The notes below the pieces were generated by a model, which was given only the letters and a program-made list of their open reading frames with translations, was not told the origin of the DNA and made no database searches. A DNA stretch of 61,489 nt, counting the filler. It is 6 parts of 6 records of this genome, joined end to end, with 100 filler letters (N's around TTAATTAATTAA, not from the genome) between each part and the next. Parts side by side here need not be neighbours in the genome. Positions count along the whole stretch, not along the records: positions 17,833 to 23,264 come from SRR31156797_17746; positions 23,365 to 29,031 come from SRR31156797_17751; positions 29,132 to 36,026 come from SRR31156797_17756; 3 more parts are not named here. One strand, given 5' to 3'. Positions 20,089 through 30,189 of this stretch are shown here, in pieces. The translations under genes were made by a program, and so were the position numbers. How positions within the stretch are numbered: position 1 is the first letter of the stretch; every line of letters starts with the position of its first letter.

Positions 20089-21825
20089 TTATCTTTCTCC
20101 ATAAAGCAATTCATATTCTCTTTTACTAGCTGTAGCATGCCATTTTTCTGGCAATACCGTCCAATTTTGGTTGCATTGTATATCAACAGTTCCCTTTTTT
20201 TCGATCCACTTCATAAGATAGTATCGAAGATCTTTAGTGGTAGAGTTAATTAAGCGAGATGTTAGTTCTTCCTTGCTTAAACCAGAACCTTCGGTTAAGT
20301 GATTTCCACCACCGTTTCCGCGATACGAATTTAATGCTACACGATAAGTTTTATTGGTATCGAATTTCTCACCAGAACTCATGCCTGTAATATTGATTCT
20401 ATTACCGTAAGGTTTAGAAATATCAACAGTATAATCGATTCCTTCTGCAGAATCGTAATTGAAAAACATGGTGCTTAGTCGGCTACCATTTTCAGTAGTT
20501 GAGATGTGTAACATTGGATCATCAGCTGATTTCATTTGTTGAAACCAGTCTTTATAACTGAATTCAAGGAAATCTTTTACCTCTTTACCTGTTAAATTCA
20601 TGGTGTAAAGTAAATTCTCGAATCGATACAACTTAAACAAATCGCGTACTTGTAAATCACCAGAATCGATAGTTGCATTGTAGGATAGGGGAGCTGCAAA
20701 AGAAATTTCAGCATCAGCCAAATCCATTTGAATGTTTTGGATTAAATCTATGAATTTAGAATCTCCAAACATGGCATCTTTGGTCGATATGCTTTTTTGA
20801 AATGTTCCAACTTGTCTTGACACATAAGCTTCTACTTCCTGGAATAAAGGCTGGAAATGATCCACATATGCTTTTGATTGATCCAATTCTGCAACTTTAA
20901 CTAAATTTGGTTTTAACTCTTTCTTATATTTGTTGTCAGTAGAATTCCATGTCAAATCTACCTCTACTTCTGCTATGAACTTTGCTCTGCTTTTCGGATT
21001 AATTACCAAAACCTTTTCTTGGTTTGGATTTTCTACCCAAACAATTTGTTCGTGATGATCGTGACCACAAATCACCATATCAATACCAGATACTTTTTGT
21101 GCGACCAAAATAGAAGCATTTTCTGGGTTTACTTGATTTGCCTCATGTTCTTCACCGGCACCAGAGTGGAACAATCCGATCACAAAATCAGGTTTTTCCT
21201 CCTCTTCAATAATTTTGATCCATTTCTCAGCAGATTCAACCATTGGTTCAAAATGCATCCCCGACCAAATTTTTTCGGGTAACCATTTAGGAATCGCAGG
21301 AGTAATCAATCCTAGAACGGCAATTTTAGCTCCTTTTTTCTCAATAATGGTATAAGGTTGGAAATATGGTTTTCCATCGGAATTTTTAACAGCATTGGCA
21401 GCTAACCAAGGAAATGCGAATTCGTTTACCAGTTTATCGTAAACAGCATGCCCTGGCTCAATATCATGATTTCCAACAGTAGCAGCATTATAGCCCATGA
21501 AATTCATAACATCGGCACAAATGTGCTTGGTTTCTGTTTTCTCAAAATTTGAGTAGTAGACCAATGGATCTCCTTGAAGGATATCTCCATTATCTAAAAG
21601 AATAACTTCTGATTCACCGTTTTCTCGTTCTTGATTTACATAGGAATAAACTTGTGCTAAAGAGGTTTGAGTTTCTCTGTCGTTTACCAAATCATATGGG
21701 AAAAGTGCACCATGTACATCACTGGTTCCCATAATTTTCAGTTTTACTTGATCTGCTCTTTTAGGTGCACAAGAACTGAATAGTACAATGGAAATCAGTA
21801 AAAAATAAATATAACTTTTTCTCAT
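20089..21825 (-). CDS. Bifunctional metallophosphatase/5'-nucleotidase (CpdB-like) lipoprotein
   Basis: Lipobox LFSSC; TSDVHG, DNGDILQG, VGNHD, GHDH, LYRFENLL and NSYRGNGGG. Confidence 0.92.
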   Translation of the reverse strand: MRKSYIYFLLISIVLFSSCAPKRADQVKLKIMGTSDVHGALFPYDLVNDRETQTSLAQVYSYVNQERENGESEVILLDNGDILQGDPLVYYSNFEKTETKHICADVMNFMGYNAATVGNHDIEPGHAVYDKLVNEFAFPWLAANAVKNSDGKPYFQPYTIIEKKGAKIAVLGLITPAIPKWLPEKIWSGMHFEPMVESAEKWIKIIEEEEKPDFVIGLFHSGAGEEHEANQVNPENASILVAQKVSGIDMVICGHDHHEQIVWVENPNQEKVLVINPKSRAKFIAEVEVDLTWNSTDNKYKKELKPNLVKVAELDQSKAYVDHFQPLFQEVEAYVSRQVGTFQKSISTKDAMFGDSKFIDLIQNIQMDLADAEISFAAPLSYNATIDSGDLQVRDLFKLYRFENLLYTMNLTGKEVKDFLEFSYKDWFQQMKSADDPMLHISTTENGSRLSTMFFNYDSAEGIDYTVDISKPYGNRINITGMSSGEKFDTNKTYRVALNSYRGNGGGNHLTEGSGLSKEELTSRLINSTTKDLRYYLMKWIEKKGTVDIQCNQNWTVLPEKWHATASKREYELLYGER

Positions 21826-21895
21826 TTTAAAAATTTTAAAAGGATGATAAAGTTAATATAAATCGTTGTAATAAGATTAAGGTGAGTAAATTAAT

Positions 21896-22090
21896 TTATC
21901 TGAAAAAGACTCCTGTAGAAGTATCTGGTGCATTGGTTCTTTTTCCTGCCTTTTTTAGGACCTTTTTCTTTTCATCATTTGTGTAAAGAGACCAGTTTCC
22001 AATTTCTTCTGTAGTTCTTTGGCATCCGAAACAAACGCCATTACTATCTTGACGACATATTTTTATACAAGGAGATTCTATTTGACTCAT
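21896..22090 (-). CDS. DUF1289-like small Cys-rich protein
   Basis: IESPCIKIC...CFGCQRTTEEIGNW. Confidence 0.85.
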   Translation of the reverse strand: MSQIESPCIKICRQDSNGVCFGCQRTTEEIGNWSLYTNDEKKKVLKKAGKRTNAPDTSTGVFFR

Positions 22091-22206
22091 AGTTTTGTTA
22101 TTTAAAATGAATACAAATAAAGTAAATTCTATTTGCAAACACAAGTTTTAAATGAGCTATCAAGATCATTATTTGCATGGAAATTTTATATAGCTATTAA
22201 GAATAA

Positions 22207-22713
22207 TTAAGATGTTTTCTTTTTTGACTTCCCAGGTTTAAAAATGGATATAAAAATGCTCACAATGAGTGTTCCGGTCATACAGACACCCATAATATTT
22301 TGTGAATTTTCATACCATTGGTAATCTGCATCATTTAAAGAGTCTAATCCGATTTCTCCAGAAATGAGAACAAGTTTTTCAATCCATGGACCTGAGTAAA
22401 TGGTGCCAAGAATTATAATAAGAACTGTAATTATCCATTTAAATATCAGCCAAGTGTGTTTAAAATAGCCCCATTTGGTAAATTGAGAATACATCCAACC
22501 AGTTAATAAACAAAGGATAGCTGAAGGAACTAATATTTTCATATCAATAAAATGGATGATTTGATTCATTAAATGAAGTTGATCTCCAGTTTTGATATCA
22601 TCGTTCATGAACTGAACTAAAAACATAATCAAACCTGTTGTAATCCATATACTTGCTGCAATTAAATGTATTGATTTTAGCCATTTTTTTTGTGTTACCG
22701 ATAATTGTTTCAT
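22207..22713 (-). CDS. Four-TM membrane protein (DUF2269-like)
   Basis: KWLKSIH, LLTG..Y...TKWGYFKHTWLIFKW and SIFKP; 5 bp downstream of marR. Confidence 0.7.
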   Translation of the reverse strand: MKQLSVTQKKWLKSIHLIAASIWITTGLIMFLVQFMNDDIKTGDQLHLMNQIIHFIDMKILVPSAILCLLTGWMYSQFTKWGYFKHTWLIFKWIITVLIIILGTIYSGPWIEKLVLISGEIGLDSLNDADYQWYENSQNIMGVCMTGTLIVSIFISIFKPGKSKKKTS

Positions 22714-22718
22714 GGATT

Positions 22719-23165
22719 TTATTTTAAAAATTTCTCTGTGTTTGAAATAACTTGCTTAAGGTTTTTAACCATTATTTCTTTGGTTTGTTCATCTATTCCT
22801 TCTGTTGCAATGTTAGTGGATTCAAAGGCACATTGGTGAAGTTTAGTATTCAGTTTTTTGCCTTTTTCCGTTATAAATAATTTGAAGATTCTTTTGTCAA
22901 TATTGTCTCTTCTTTTTTCAATAAAGCCAGCATTTTGAAGCTTCTGAGTCATTCTGCTTGTGTTTGCCATATCTTTATAAATAAGCTCGCTAAGCTCACC
23001 TATGGTCATTCCATCTGATTTCGAGAGTCGATATAGAATATTCCATTGCTCAGGTGTAATGTTCAGTTTGTTGTTGCTCAGTATTTTAAAGAATACTCGC
23101 TTTATCATGATTGCACTAATGGCAATGTGATGATTTACCGATGTTTCAAGATTTACTTTTTCCAT
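22719..23165 (-). CDS. MarR family transcriptional regulator
   Basis: ITPEQWNIL, ELSE and DKRIFKLFITEKG winged-helix motifs; start placed at MEKV because the upstream ATG lies inside the operator/promoter. Confidence 0.9.
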   Translation of the reverse strand: MEKVNLETSVNHHIAISAIMIKRVFFKILSNNKLNITPEQWNILYRLSKSDGMTIGELSELIYKDMANTSRMTQKLQNAGFIEKRRDNIDKRIFKLFITEKGKKLNTKLHQCAFESTNIATEGIDEQTKEIMVKNLKQVISNTEKFLK

Positions 23166-23175
23166 TGCATATTTG

Positions 23176-23214
23176 TTTGTCATGACAAATATAAAAATTA
23201 ATTTGTCATGACAA
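23176..23214. promoter_or_regulatory. Twin palindromic MarR operators overlapping the promoter
   Basis: TTTGTCATGACAAA (23176-23189) and TTGTCATGACAA (23203-23214); minus-strand TATATTTG (-7 element) at 23186-23193. Confidence 0.8.
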
Positions 23215-23264
23215 GTATTAGGCTTGAATATACTACAAAGAAAAATCCCGAACTTCGTTAAGTC

Positions 23265-23364
23265 NNNNNNNNNNNNNNNNNNNNNNNNNNNNNNNNNNNN
23301 NNNNNNNNTTAATTAATTAANNNNNNNNNNNNNNNNNNNNNNNNNNNNNNNNNNNNNNNNNNNN
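23265..23364. other. Artificial contig linker
   Basis: N-TTAATTAATTAA-N. Confidence 0.99.
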
Positions 23365-24598
23365 CACCAGTGCATACCTGCTGGCTCAGGCCGGTCTGGA
23401 AACACTGGTTATTGAGCGCGGAAACTTTGCCGGCGCAAAGAACATGACCGGCGGCAGGCTCTATGGCCACAGTCTGGAAAAGATATTCCCCAATTTTGCC
23501 GAGGAAGCACCGGTAGAGCGTTGTATCGTTCACGAAAAAGTTTCTTTCATGGACGAAAGCGGCAGCGCAACCATGGACTACGCTTCCCCGAAATCTGAAA
23601 ATCCTGCTGACCGCTCTTATTCTGTACTGCGTTCCAAATTCGACCAGTGGCTCGCTGATAAGGCTGAATCCGCCGGAGCCAACATTGTCCCCGGTATTCG
23701 TGTGGATGACCTTATTGTTCGTGAAGGTAAGGTCTGCGGTGTTGTTGCTGCTGGTGAAGAGATGGAAGCCGATATGGTTATTCTGGCTGATGGCGTAAAT
23801 TCCATCCTTGGTGAGAAGCTGGGCATGGTTGATAAGGTTACTCCGCACCATTGCGCAGTAGGCGTCAAGGAAGTGATTCAGCTTTCCAAACAGCAGGTCA
23901 ATGATCGTTTCGGTTGTGCTGATGATGAAGGTGCGGCATGGCTCTTCGCCGGATCTCCTTCTGACGGTCAGATGGGCGGCGGTTTTATTTACACCAACGA
24001 GGACACCCTGTCCCTCGGTCTTGTGTTCGGACTGCACAATATTGAGAAGGTTGGTAAAACCGTTCCTCAGATGCTGGAAGATTTCAAGAACCATCCCACA
24101 GTCAAGCCTCTGGTAGAAGGCGGCAAGCAGATCGAATACTCAGCCCATGTTGTTCCTGAGGGTGGCTATGCCATGATTCCGAAAATGGTCGGCGATGGTG
24201 TGCTTATTGCCGGTGATGCGGCTGGCCTGTGTTTGAACGTCGGCTACACCGTGCGTGGCATGGATCTCGCTATTGCCTCCGGGGAAGCTGCAGCCAAGGC
24301 TGTTATTGCCGCTAAGGAAAAAGGCGATTTCAGCGAAAACGGCCTTTCTTCCTACACCGAAGCGCTTGATGAAAGTTTCATCATGGAAGATATGAAACTC
24401 TACCAAAATCTTCCTGACTTTTTGGATAACACCCGCATGTACAACGAATATCCGGCACTGGTGACCGGGGTCATGAAAGATCTCTTCACTGTGAACGGTC
24501 CCTGCATGCCCCTGCGCAAAATGGTCCTGCCCCATTTGAAGAAGGTCGGATTCATGAACCTGCTTAAAGACGGCTTCAAAGGAGTGAAATCAATATGA
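23365..24598 (+). CDS. fixC: FixC-type ETF-quinone oxidoreductase flavoprotein (5' partial)
   Basis: The frame is open from the contig edge: LETLVIERGNFAGAKNMTGGRLY, LADGVNS, EYSAHVVPEGG, AGDAAG and RGMDLAIASG. Confidence 0.9.
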
Positions 24599-24882
24599 GT
24601 AATCCAGTAAATGTTGACGTCAAACTGGGCGTGAACAAATTTTTCGTTGATGAAGGAAATCCCCACATCGAATTGGTAGAGAATCCTGATCCCAAGGAAT
24701 TTGCCAAACTCGAAGCGGCATGCCCTGCCGGTTTGTATAAGAAGGATGACAACGGCAATATCCATTTTGACTATGCCGGATGTCTTGAATGTGGCACTTG
24801 CCGCATCCTGTGCGGTAAGACCATTATTAAAAGATGGGAATATCCCAGCGGAACTTTCGGTATCGAATTCCGGTACGGTTAG
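24595..24882 (+). CDS. fixX: FixX ferredoxin-like protein
   Basis: ACPAGLY, GCLECGTCR and PSGTFGIEFRYG; ATGA overlap with fixC. Confidence 0.92.
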   Translation: MSNPVNVDVKLGVNKFFVDEGNPHIELVENPDPKEFAKLEAACPAGLYKKDDNGNIHFDYAGCLECGTCRILCGKTIIKRWEYPSGTFGIEFRYG

Positions 24883-25028
24883 TTCTATAAATAATTAAAG
24901 TACCAAAAACACACGAGTGTAGCGAAAAGCCATATCCTCACTTGTCAGTCCATGAAGAAACGCGCGTCATGAGCAGGTTCCCTTATCCTGTATATTGATT
25001 GACGGAGAATTATTTCATGGTCTTCCCG

Positions 25029-25063
25029 GAGCCGGCAGCGTTAATCAACGTTGCCGGTTCTTT
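25029..25063 (+). terminator. Terminator-like hairpin in the yhdT-panF leader
   Basis: GAGCCGGCAGCGTT-AATC-AACGTTGCCGGTTC-TTT; the G-U pairs favour the + strand. Confidence 0.65.
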
Positions 25064-25125
25064 GTAAGGAATTAAAGGTAACAGCGGATGAGGTTTATTC
25101 ACTCAATCTCAGAGGTAATTTTATC

Positions 25126-25404
25126 ATGAAAACACAATCGCAGGACCCGCGTTTTAAACAGGCCAACAAGGAGGCCTTGCTCGCGCTGGGAGCCTACGCA
25201 CTGTATTTTATCTGGTGGTATGTCTGTGCCTACGGCATGGGGAGCGGTAATCCTGACAATTATTCCTACGTTTTCGGCATGCCTGAATGGTTTTTTTACA
25301 GCTGTATCGTTGGATACCCCCTGATAACTATCCTCCTCTGGGTGCTTGTGCGCTTCAAGTTTAAACATATGCCGCTTGATTCCGATCTGAAGGGAGAAGA
25401 GTAA
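25126..25404 (+). CDS. yhdT: YhdT (DUF997) small membrane protein
   Basis: DPRFKQANKEAL and GMPEWFFYSC; abuts panF. Confidence 0.88.
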   Translation: MKTQSQDPRFKQANKEALLALGAYALYFIWWYVCAYGMGSGNPDNYSYVFGMPEWFFYSCIVGYPLITILLWVLVRFKFKHMPLDSDLKGEE

Positions 25405-26871
25405 ATGACTGCTAATCTCACCACCATTGTTCCGGTTATCGGTTATCTGGCGCTTTCTTTTGCTGTTGCTTTGTGGGCCCGGAAAAAAAGTGAGGGCCGT
25501 GTTTCATCACAAGGTTTCATCGAGGATTATTTCATCGGAGGCCGTTCCATGGGCGGCTTTGTCTTGGCTATGACCATCATCGCCAGTTATACCAGTGCCA
25601 GCAGTTTTGTCGGCGGCCCCGGTGTAGCTTATCGACTCGGCTTAAGCTGGGTGCTTCTTGCAATGATTCAGGTTCCCACCACCTTTCTGACGCTTGGCAT
25701 TCTCGGCAAGCGTTTTGCCATCATGGCCCGTAAGACAGAGTCGGTGACCATTACCGACTATCTCCGTGCCCGCTACAAAAGTGATGCTGTGGTCATCCTT
25801 TGTTCCGTGGCCTTGATCATATTTTTCATGGCAGCCATGCTCGCGCAGTTCATTGGCGGGGCACGTCTTTTCCAAACCGTAACGGGATATCCCTACATCG
25901 TCGGGCTGGTTCTGTTCGGCATCAGTGTGGTTCTTTATACTGCTGTCGGCGGTTTCCGGGCCGTGGTTTTGACCGATGCCATTCAAGGTATAGTTATGGT
26001 TGTTGCTGTGGTCGTTGTTCTGCTGGCAGTTATCAAAGCGGGCGGCGGCATGGAAAACTGTATTTCGTCTCTGAAAGCAATTGATCCTGGACTGATCACT
26101 CCCACCGGGCCGAAGGATGCCGTTCCCCAACCTTTTACTCTTTCATTCTGGGTATTGGTAGGGATCGGCATCCTCGGTCTACCACAGACCACGCAGCGCT
26201 GCATGGCTTACAAAGATTCGAAAGCCATGCACAACGCTATGGTTATCGGTACCTTGTTGATCGGGTTTATGATCCTTTGTGCACACCTTGCCGGGACCCT
26301 TGGACGTGCTGTACTTCCGGAGTTACCCGCAGGTGATCTGGCTATGCCGAGCCTTATTGTTGAGCTGCTTTCTCCGGTCTGGGCGGGTGTATTCATTGCC
26401 GGACCTCTTGCAGCCATAATGTCCACGGTGGATTCTATGCTCCTGTTGGTTTCCGCTGCTATAATCAAGGATTTATACATCCATTATAGACTCAAGGGCG
26501 ATGCCTCCCGCATGACCCTTGGCGGACTTAAAAAAGCAAGTCTGATTAGTACTATTGTTATTGGGCTGATGGTCTTTGTTGCTGCCATAGAACCGCCGGA
26601 CCTTCTTGTCTGGATCAATCTGTTCGCTTTTGGCGGGTTGGAGGCTGTTTTTCTTTGTCCTATAGTTTTGGGTTTATATTGGGAAAAAGCGAATGCGACA
26701 GGAGCCATTGCTTCGATCGTGTGCGGGACCGGAACTTTTATTGTTCTGACCATCATGAAACCCGCCATGGGTGGTGTGCATGCCATTGTGCCAACTACTT
26801 TGGTGGCTCTTTCAACTTTTATTGTTGGTTCATACATTGGTCATACGGCAGTGCCGGCTAAGCAATATTAG
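25405..26871 (+). CDS. panF: Sodium/pantothenate symporter
   Basis: YFIGGRSMGGFVLAMT, YTSASSFVGGPG, GGFRAVVLTD and AAIMSTVDS; yhdT-panF gene order. Confidence 0.88.
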   Translation: MTANLTTIVPVIGYLALSFAVALWARKKSEGRVSSQGFIEDYFIGGRSMGGFVLAMTIIASYTSASSFVGGPGVAYRLGLSWVLLAMIQVPTTFLTLGILGKRFAIMARKTESVTITDYLRARYKSDAVVILCSVALIIFFMAAMLAQFIGGARLFQTVTGYPYIVGLVLFGISVVLYTAVGGFRAVVLTDAIQGIVMVVAVVVVLLAVIKAGGGMENCISSLKAIDPGLITPTGPKDAVPQPFTLSFWVLVGIGILGLPQTTQRCMAYKDSKAMHNAMVIGTLLIGFMILCAHLAGTLGRAVLPELPAGDLAMPSLIVELLSPVWAGVFIAGPLAAIMSTVDSMLLLVSAAIIKDLYIHYRLKGDASRMTLGGLKKASLISTIVIGLMVFVAAIEPPDLLVWINLFAFGGLEAVFLCPIVLGLYWEKANATGAIASIVCGTGTFIVLTIMKPAMGGVHAIVPTTLVALSTFIVGSYIGHTAVPAKQY

Positions 26872-26895
26872 AAAGTTTATCTCTATAGTAATGAT

Positions 26896-26935
26896 AAAGC
26901 CCAAGCCTGATTTGCTGTCAGGCTTGGGCTTTTTT
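26896..26935 (+). terminator. Intrinsic terminator of panF
   Basis: AAAGCCCAAGCCTGA...TCAGGCTTGGGCTTTTTT. Confidence 0.9.
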
Positions 26936-26942
26936 ATGTCCT

Positions 26943-26978
26943 AAAAAAGAGTGCCCATCGTGAAGGATGGGCACTCTT
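26943..26978 (-). terminator. Intrinsic terminator of the EamA gene
   Basis: AAGAGTGCCCATC/GATGGGCACTCTT with an A tract on the left. Confidence 0.85.
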
Positions 26979-27037
26979 GCATGAGGAGGGTAGTTCGTTC
27001 CGATTTGTGGTCGGGGGTCGATGATTCAATTCTGGTT

Positions 27038-28003
27038 TTATGGTCGATGTGCGTAGTTTGAGGTGTTTTGTATGGTAGTTTTTACGCACATAGACTGGTA
27101 ATCCGCCCGGGGTTTAGGCGGTTGAGGCTGCCAGAATCTTTTCAGGGTACGGAACGAAATACTACTGAGGACAGCACCTGCAAGAGCTATCCCTCCTCCG
27201 AAAATTGCGAGTATAGGCGGGATCTCTCCCAGCCAGACATACCCGACTATAAGGGCCATTACCGGGATGGTATATTGTGACATCACGATTTTGGAGACGT
27301 CGGCCTTGGAGACTCCATAGGTCCACAAGGCATATGGTATTGCGGTCCCGAATACTCCAAGATGTATGGTTGCTCCGATGGAGTGCCATGAAGCTGCTGC
27401 GATTTGATCCGGCAGACCGGGCAGGTAGACGCAGAGAAGTATGGTTCCGGTTACCATTGTATAGGTGGTATATTCGTATGCTGTATATTTTTTGAAAAAT
27501 GGCTTTTGCAGCACGATGTAAATACTGTCGGATATTGCAGCGAGCAGTACGAACAGAGCACCTATATTCAGGCTTATACCTCCTCCTTCACCGAATGAGA
27601 TGATTCCGATGCCGATCATGCTGATGAATAGCCCTACATAGGTCCGGGGGGATACCTTTTCCTTGAGCGTGATTACGGCGAGTATTGTTGCAAAGACCGG
27701 AACCGTGGCGATGATGAAGCTGGTTGATCCGGCGCTGATCAGGGCTTCCCCATGGTTGATGGCCAGACTGAAAGCCGTGTAGCCGAGAAAACCATGAAGA
27801 AACAGTGCTGGAATATCTTTCAGATGCGGCATACGCACCTTTGCCCAGGGAGCATATAGAAGCATCGCCGCTGATGCAAAAAGAAACCGAAACACTGCAA
27901 GGTGTTCGGGGGTGAAATCATGCAGGGCGGCCCGAATCCCAACAAAGCAGCTGCTCCATAGAACCATTGCAAGGCCGACCGCAATATATACGGGGTTTAT
28001 CAT
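27038..28003 (-). CDS. DMT/EamA family transporter
   Basis: VLWSSCF, AVFRFLFA, LKEKV and WLGE; about 10 TM segments. Confidence 0.9.
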   Translation of the reverse strand: MINPVYIAVGLAMVLWSSCFVGIRAALHDFTPEHLAVFRFLFASAAMLLYAPWAKVRMPHLKDIPALFLHGFLGYTAFSLAINHGEALISAGSTSFIIATVPVFATILAVITLKEKVSPRTYVGLFISMIGIGIISFGEGGGISLNIGALFVLLAAISDSIYIVLQKPFFKKYTAYEYTTYTMVTGTILLCVYLPGLPDQIAAASWHSIGATIHLGVFGTAIPYALWTYGVSKADVSKIVMSQYTIPVMALIVGYVWLGEIPPILAIFGGGIALAGAVLSSISFRTLKRFWQPQPPKPRADYQSMCVKTTIQNTSNYAHRP

Positions 28004-28184
28004 TTTGAACCTGACTGTTGTGTAATTTATCTAAATATCAATGTCAGGCGTTCTCCATTCTCAGTTCGTTTAAGGAATAAACGGGCTTAGTTCGTCTCCA
28101 AAATTGACGCATGACATTTTACTTCCAGAACGAAAAGAATCATGCCATAATAAATAATCATGATCAAGTTTTTAGGAGCGATTA

Positions 28185-28952
28185 ATGAAGCACGTTTTGA
28201 CTTTCGGAGATAGTTTTTCCGACAACGGTTTTAGCAACGGTTGCGGATACAACCGTTTAAGCAATGGCAGGGTTTGGGTGGAATATCTGGCGGAATTGCT
28301 GGGTGCCTCTCTTGAGGACCGTGCATGGTGCGGGGCAACATCAGGTTTAGGTAATGCTTCGGGACCGGAAGATTGGTCGGGGTTGATCTGGCAGGTGGAT
28401 ACATATCAGTCTGATGATCGCAGCGAGGATCTTCTCTGTACTTTATTGATCGGTATTAATGATGTGTACGAAGGAAAAGGGGACGCGCAAAAAGTGGTGT
28501 CCAATACTCTGGCTGCCTTGGAAACATTGGTAAGCAAGGGCGTGCAGCATTTTTTGATCGGCAGTGTTCCGGATATTTCCGATGCACCTGCATATATTCA
28601 GGAATATGTAGAGGTGAAGGGCAAGGTGCGGGATACTATTCTGGACATTAATTCCCGATTAAAGAGTGTTCTTTTCAGCAGCGATGGTTTTGCTGCTCGA
28701 TATCCTGCTGTAACTATCGATTATTTTGATGCATATAAAATTTTTAAATCTTTTGTCACCGATGGTTCATTTAAGGTTACGGATAAGCCTTGGAATGGAA
28801 CCTATGCTGATCCTCATGATAGTGGTGTCCTTTGGTGGGATGACTGGCATCCGATGACCGAAGCTCACCGGAAGCTGGCCTTTGCGGCATTTGAGGTTTT
28901 GAAGCGTGGGAAACAAAGATCTTACCGTTCAAATATTTTCAGCGAAATATAG
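28185..28952 (+). CDS. SGNH/GDSL hydrolase
   Basis: FGDSFSDNG, RLSNGRVWVEYL, IGIND and WWDDWHP; no signal peptide. Confidence 0.9.
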   Translation: MKHVLTFGDSFSDNGFSNGCGYNRLSNGRVWVEYLAELLGASLEDRAWCGATSGLGNASGPEDWSGLIWQVDTYQSDDRSEDLLCTLLIGINDVYEGKGDAQKVVSNTLAALETLVSKGVQHFLIGSVPDISDAPAYIQEYVEVKGKVRDTILDINSRLKSVLFSSDGFAARYPAVTIDYFDAYKIFKSFVTDGSFKVTDKPWNGTYADPHDSGVLWWDDWHPMTEAHRKLAFAAFEVLKRGKQRSYRSNIFSEI

Positions 28953-29031
28953 CAGCTCTCGACATATTCTAGATTTTTTGCTGATCGATTTGACTTTGCA
29001 CAATGCCGTTCCTTCTAGGCCTAGAAGGAAC

Positions 29032-29131
29032 NNNNNNNNNNNNNNNNNNNNNNNNNNNNNNNNNNNNNNNNNNNNTTAATTAATTAANNNNNNNNNNNNN
29101 NNNNNNNNNNNNNNNNNNNNNNNNNNNNNNN
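29032..29131. other. Artificial contig linker
   Basis: N-TTAATTAATTAA-N. Confidence 0.99.
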
Positions 29132-29341
29132 GAACTGTCTTCGGCCAGGGCGTCTACTGTTACACGCCTGCTGGTGGCAAACGGGGTGACGCCTTTTTAT
29201 ATCTCTGCTGAAGGCTATGCCCAGTATCATCCGGTGGCCACCAATGATACGGCCCAGGGCCGGGCCCGTAACCGGCGGGTGGAGATTGTTTATGAGCGTG
29301 ACAGTATCGCCCGCCAGTTCGAAGGCATGTATAGAAAATAA
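29132..29341 (+). CDS. OmpA/MotB family protein C-terminus (partial)
   Basis: Hand translation ELSSARASTV...GYAQYHPVATNDTAQGRARNRRVEIV...*. Confidence 0.85.
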   Translation, partial: ELSSARASTVTRLLVANGVTPFYISAEGYAQYHPVATNDTAQGRARNRRVEIVYERDSIARQFEGMYRK

Positions 29342-29704
29342 AAAATGCGCTATTTTGCCCGATTGCGAGCCGCGTCCCCTGAAAAGTGGCGCAGGAGCTT
29401 GGAATAAAATGAACAAAAAATAGATCCACAGCTACGAGAAAACCGGACAGCACCGCTTAATGGCCCAAGTCAATTTTTTTGAACCATATATTCATACTCT
29501 CCTAATATCCAAGATCACTGGAATCGATATTGCCAAGAGCAAAATATGCGAAGCAAAACAATTGCTCTTATCAGAAATTGCTTTGAATTCGGGTCGGTCC
29601 AAGCTAACATTTCGAGACTAAAGAGTCAGGGTATTTGACTTGGTTTTAAAAAAACCTGGACTTTGCATTTTTGGCCCCAAAACATATCTTTAAGGAAAAG
29701 GATT

Positions 29705-30184
29705 ATGGACAGCTTGCGCCCCGTTATTTACACCACCGCCATCCAACCGGAATGGCTCGATTATAACGATCATCTGAACATGGCCTATTATTTATTGATT
29801 TTTGATCAGGCCGGTGAGGTCCTGGTGGATTCGCTGGGGCTGGGAGAAGGCGTCACGCGCGCAACAGGGATTTCCTGGGTGGTGTTGGAGAATCACATCA
29901 CTTATGAAAATGAGGTTACGCTGGGGGATATGGTGGATGTGAGCATGCAATTATTGGATCATGACCAGAAGCGTCTGCACCTTTATTTTGAAATACATGT
30001 AAAGGGTGACAAAGGCTGTCTTGCCGCCACATTGGAACAAATGCTGTTGTGCGTGGATTTGAATAAACGGTGTTCAACCCGGTTTCCTGATGAGGTACAG
30101 GCCAAAATTCAATCCCTGTCCCGGAAACATGTAGACCTGCTGCGGCCTAAAAATCTCGGCCGCCAAATCGGTATCCGTCGTTAG
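29705..30184 (+). CDS. Acyl-CoA thioesterase (hotdog fold)
   Basis: EWLDYNDHLNMAYY..FD and HITYENEV; SD AAGGA. Confidence 0.88.
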   Translation: MDSLRPVIYTTAIQPEWLDYNDHLNMAYYLLIFDQAGEVLVDSLGLGEGVTRATGISWVVLENHITYENEVTLGDMVDVSMQLLDHDQKRLHLYFEIHVKGDKGCLAATLEQMLLCVDLNKRCSTRFPDEVQAKIQSLSRKHVDLLRPKNLGRQIGIRR

Positions 30185-30189
30185 GTTCG

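Noticed and set aside
23309..24094. 261-aa minus-strand ORF
   Set aside because: Antisense to fixC and runs into the linker.
29008..29031. Perfect 24-bp palindrome GTTCCTTCTAGGCCTAGAAGGAAC
   Set aside because: It ends exactly at the contig edge, typical of a fold-back or assembly artefact; cannot be judged without reads.
29500..29625. KITGIDIAKSK peptide resembling an IS110 N-terminus or a methyltransferase motif
   Set aside because: Too short, with no start context and no further motifs.
23365..30184. fixCX plus thioesterase as one carnitine-type pathway
   Set aside because: Separated by a contig linker.
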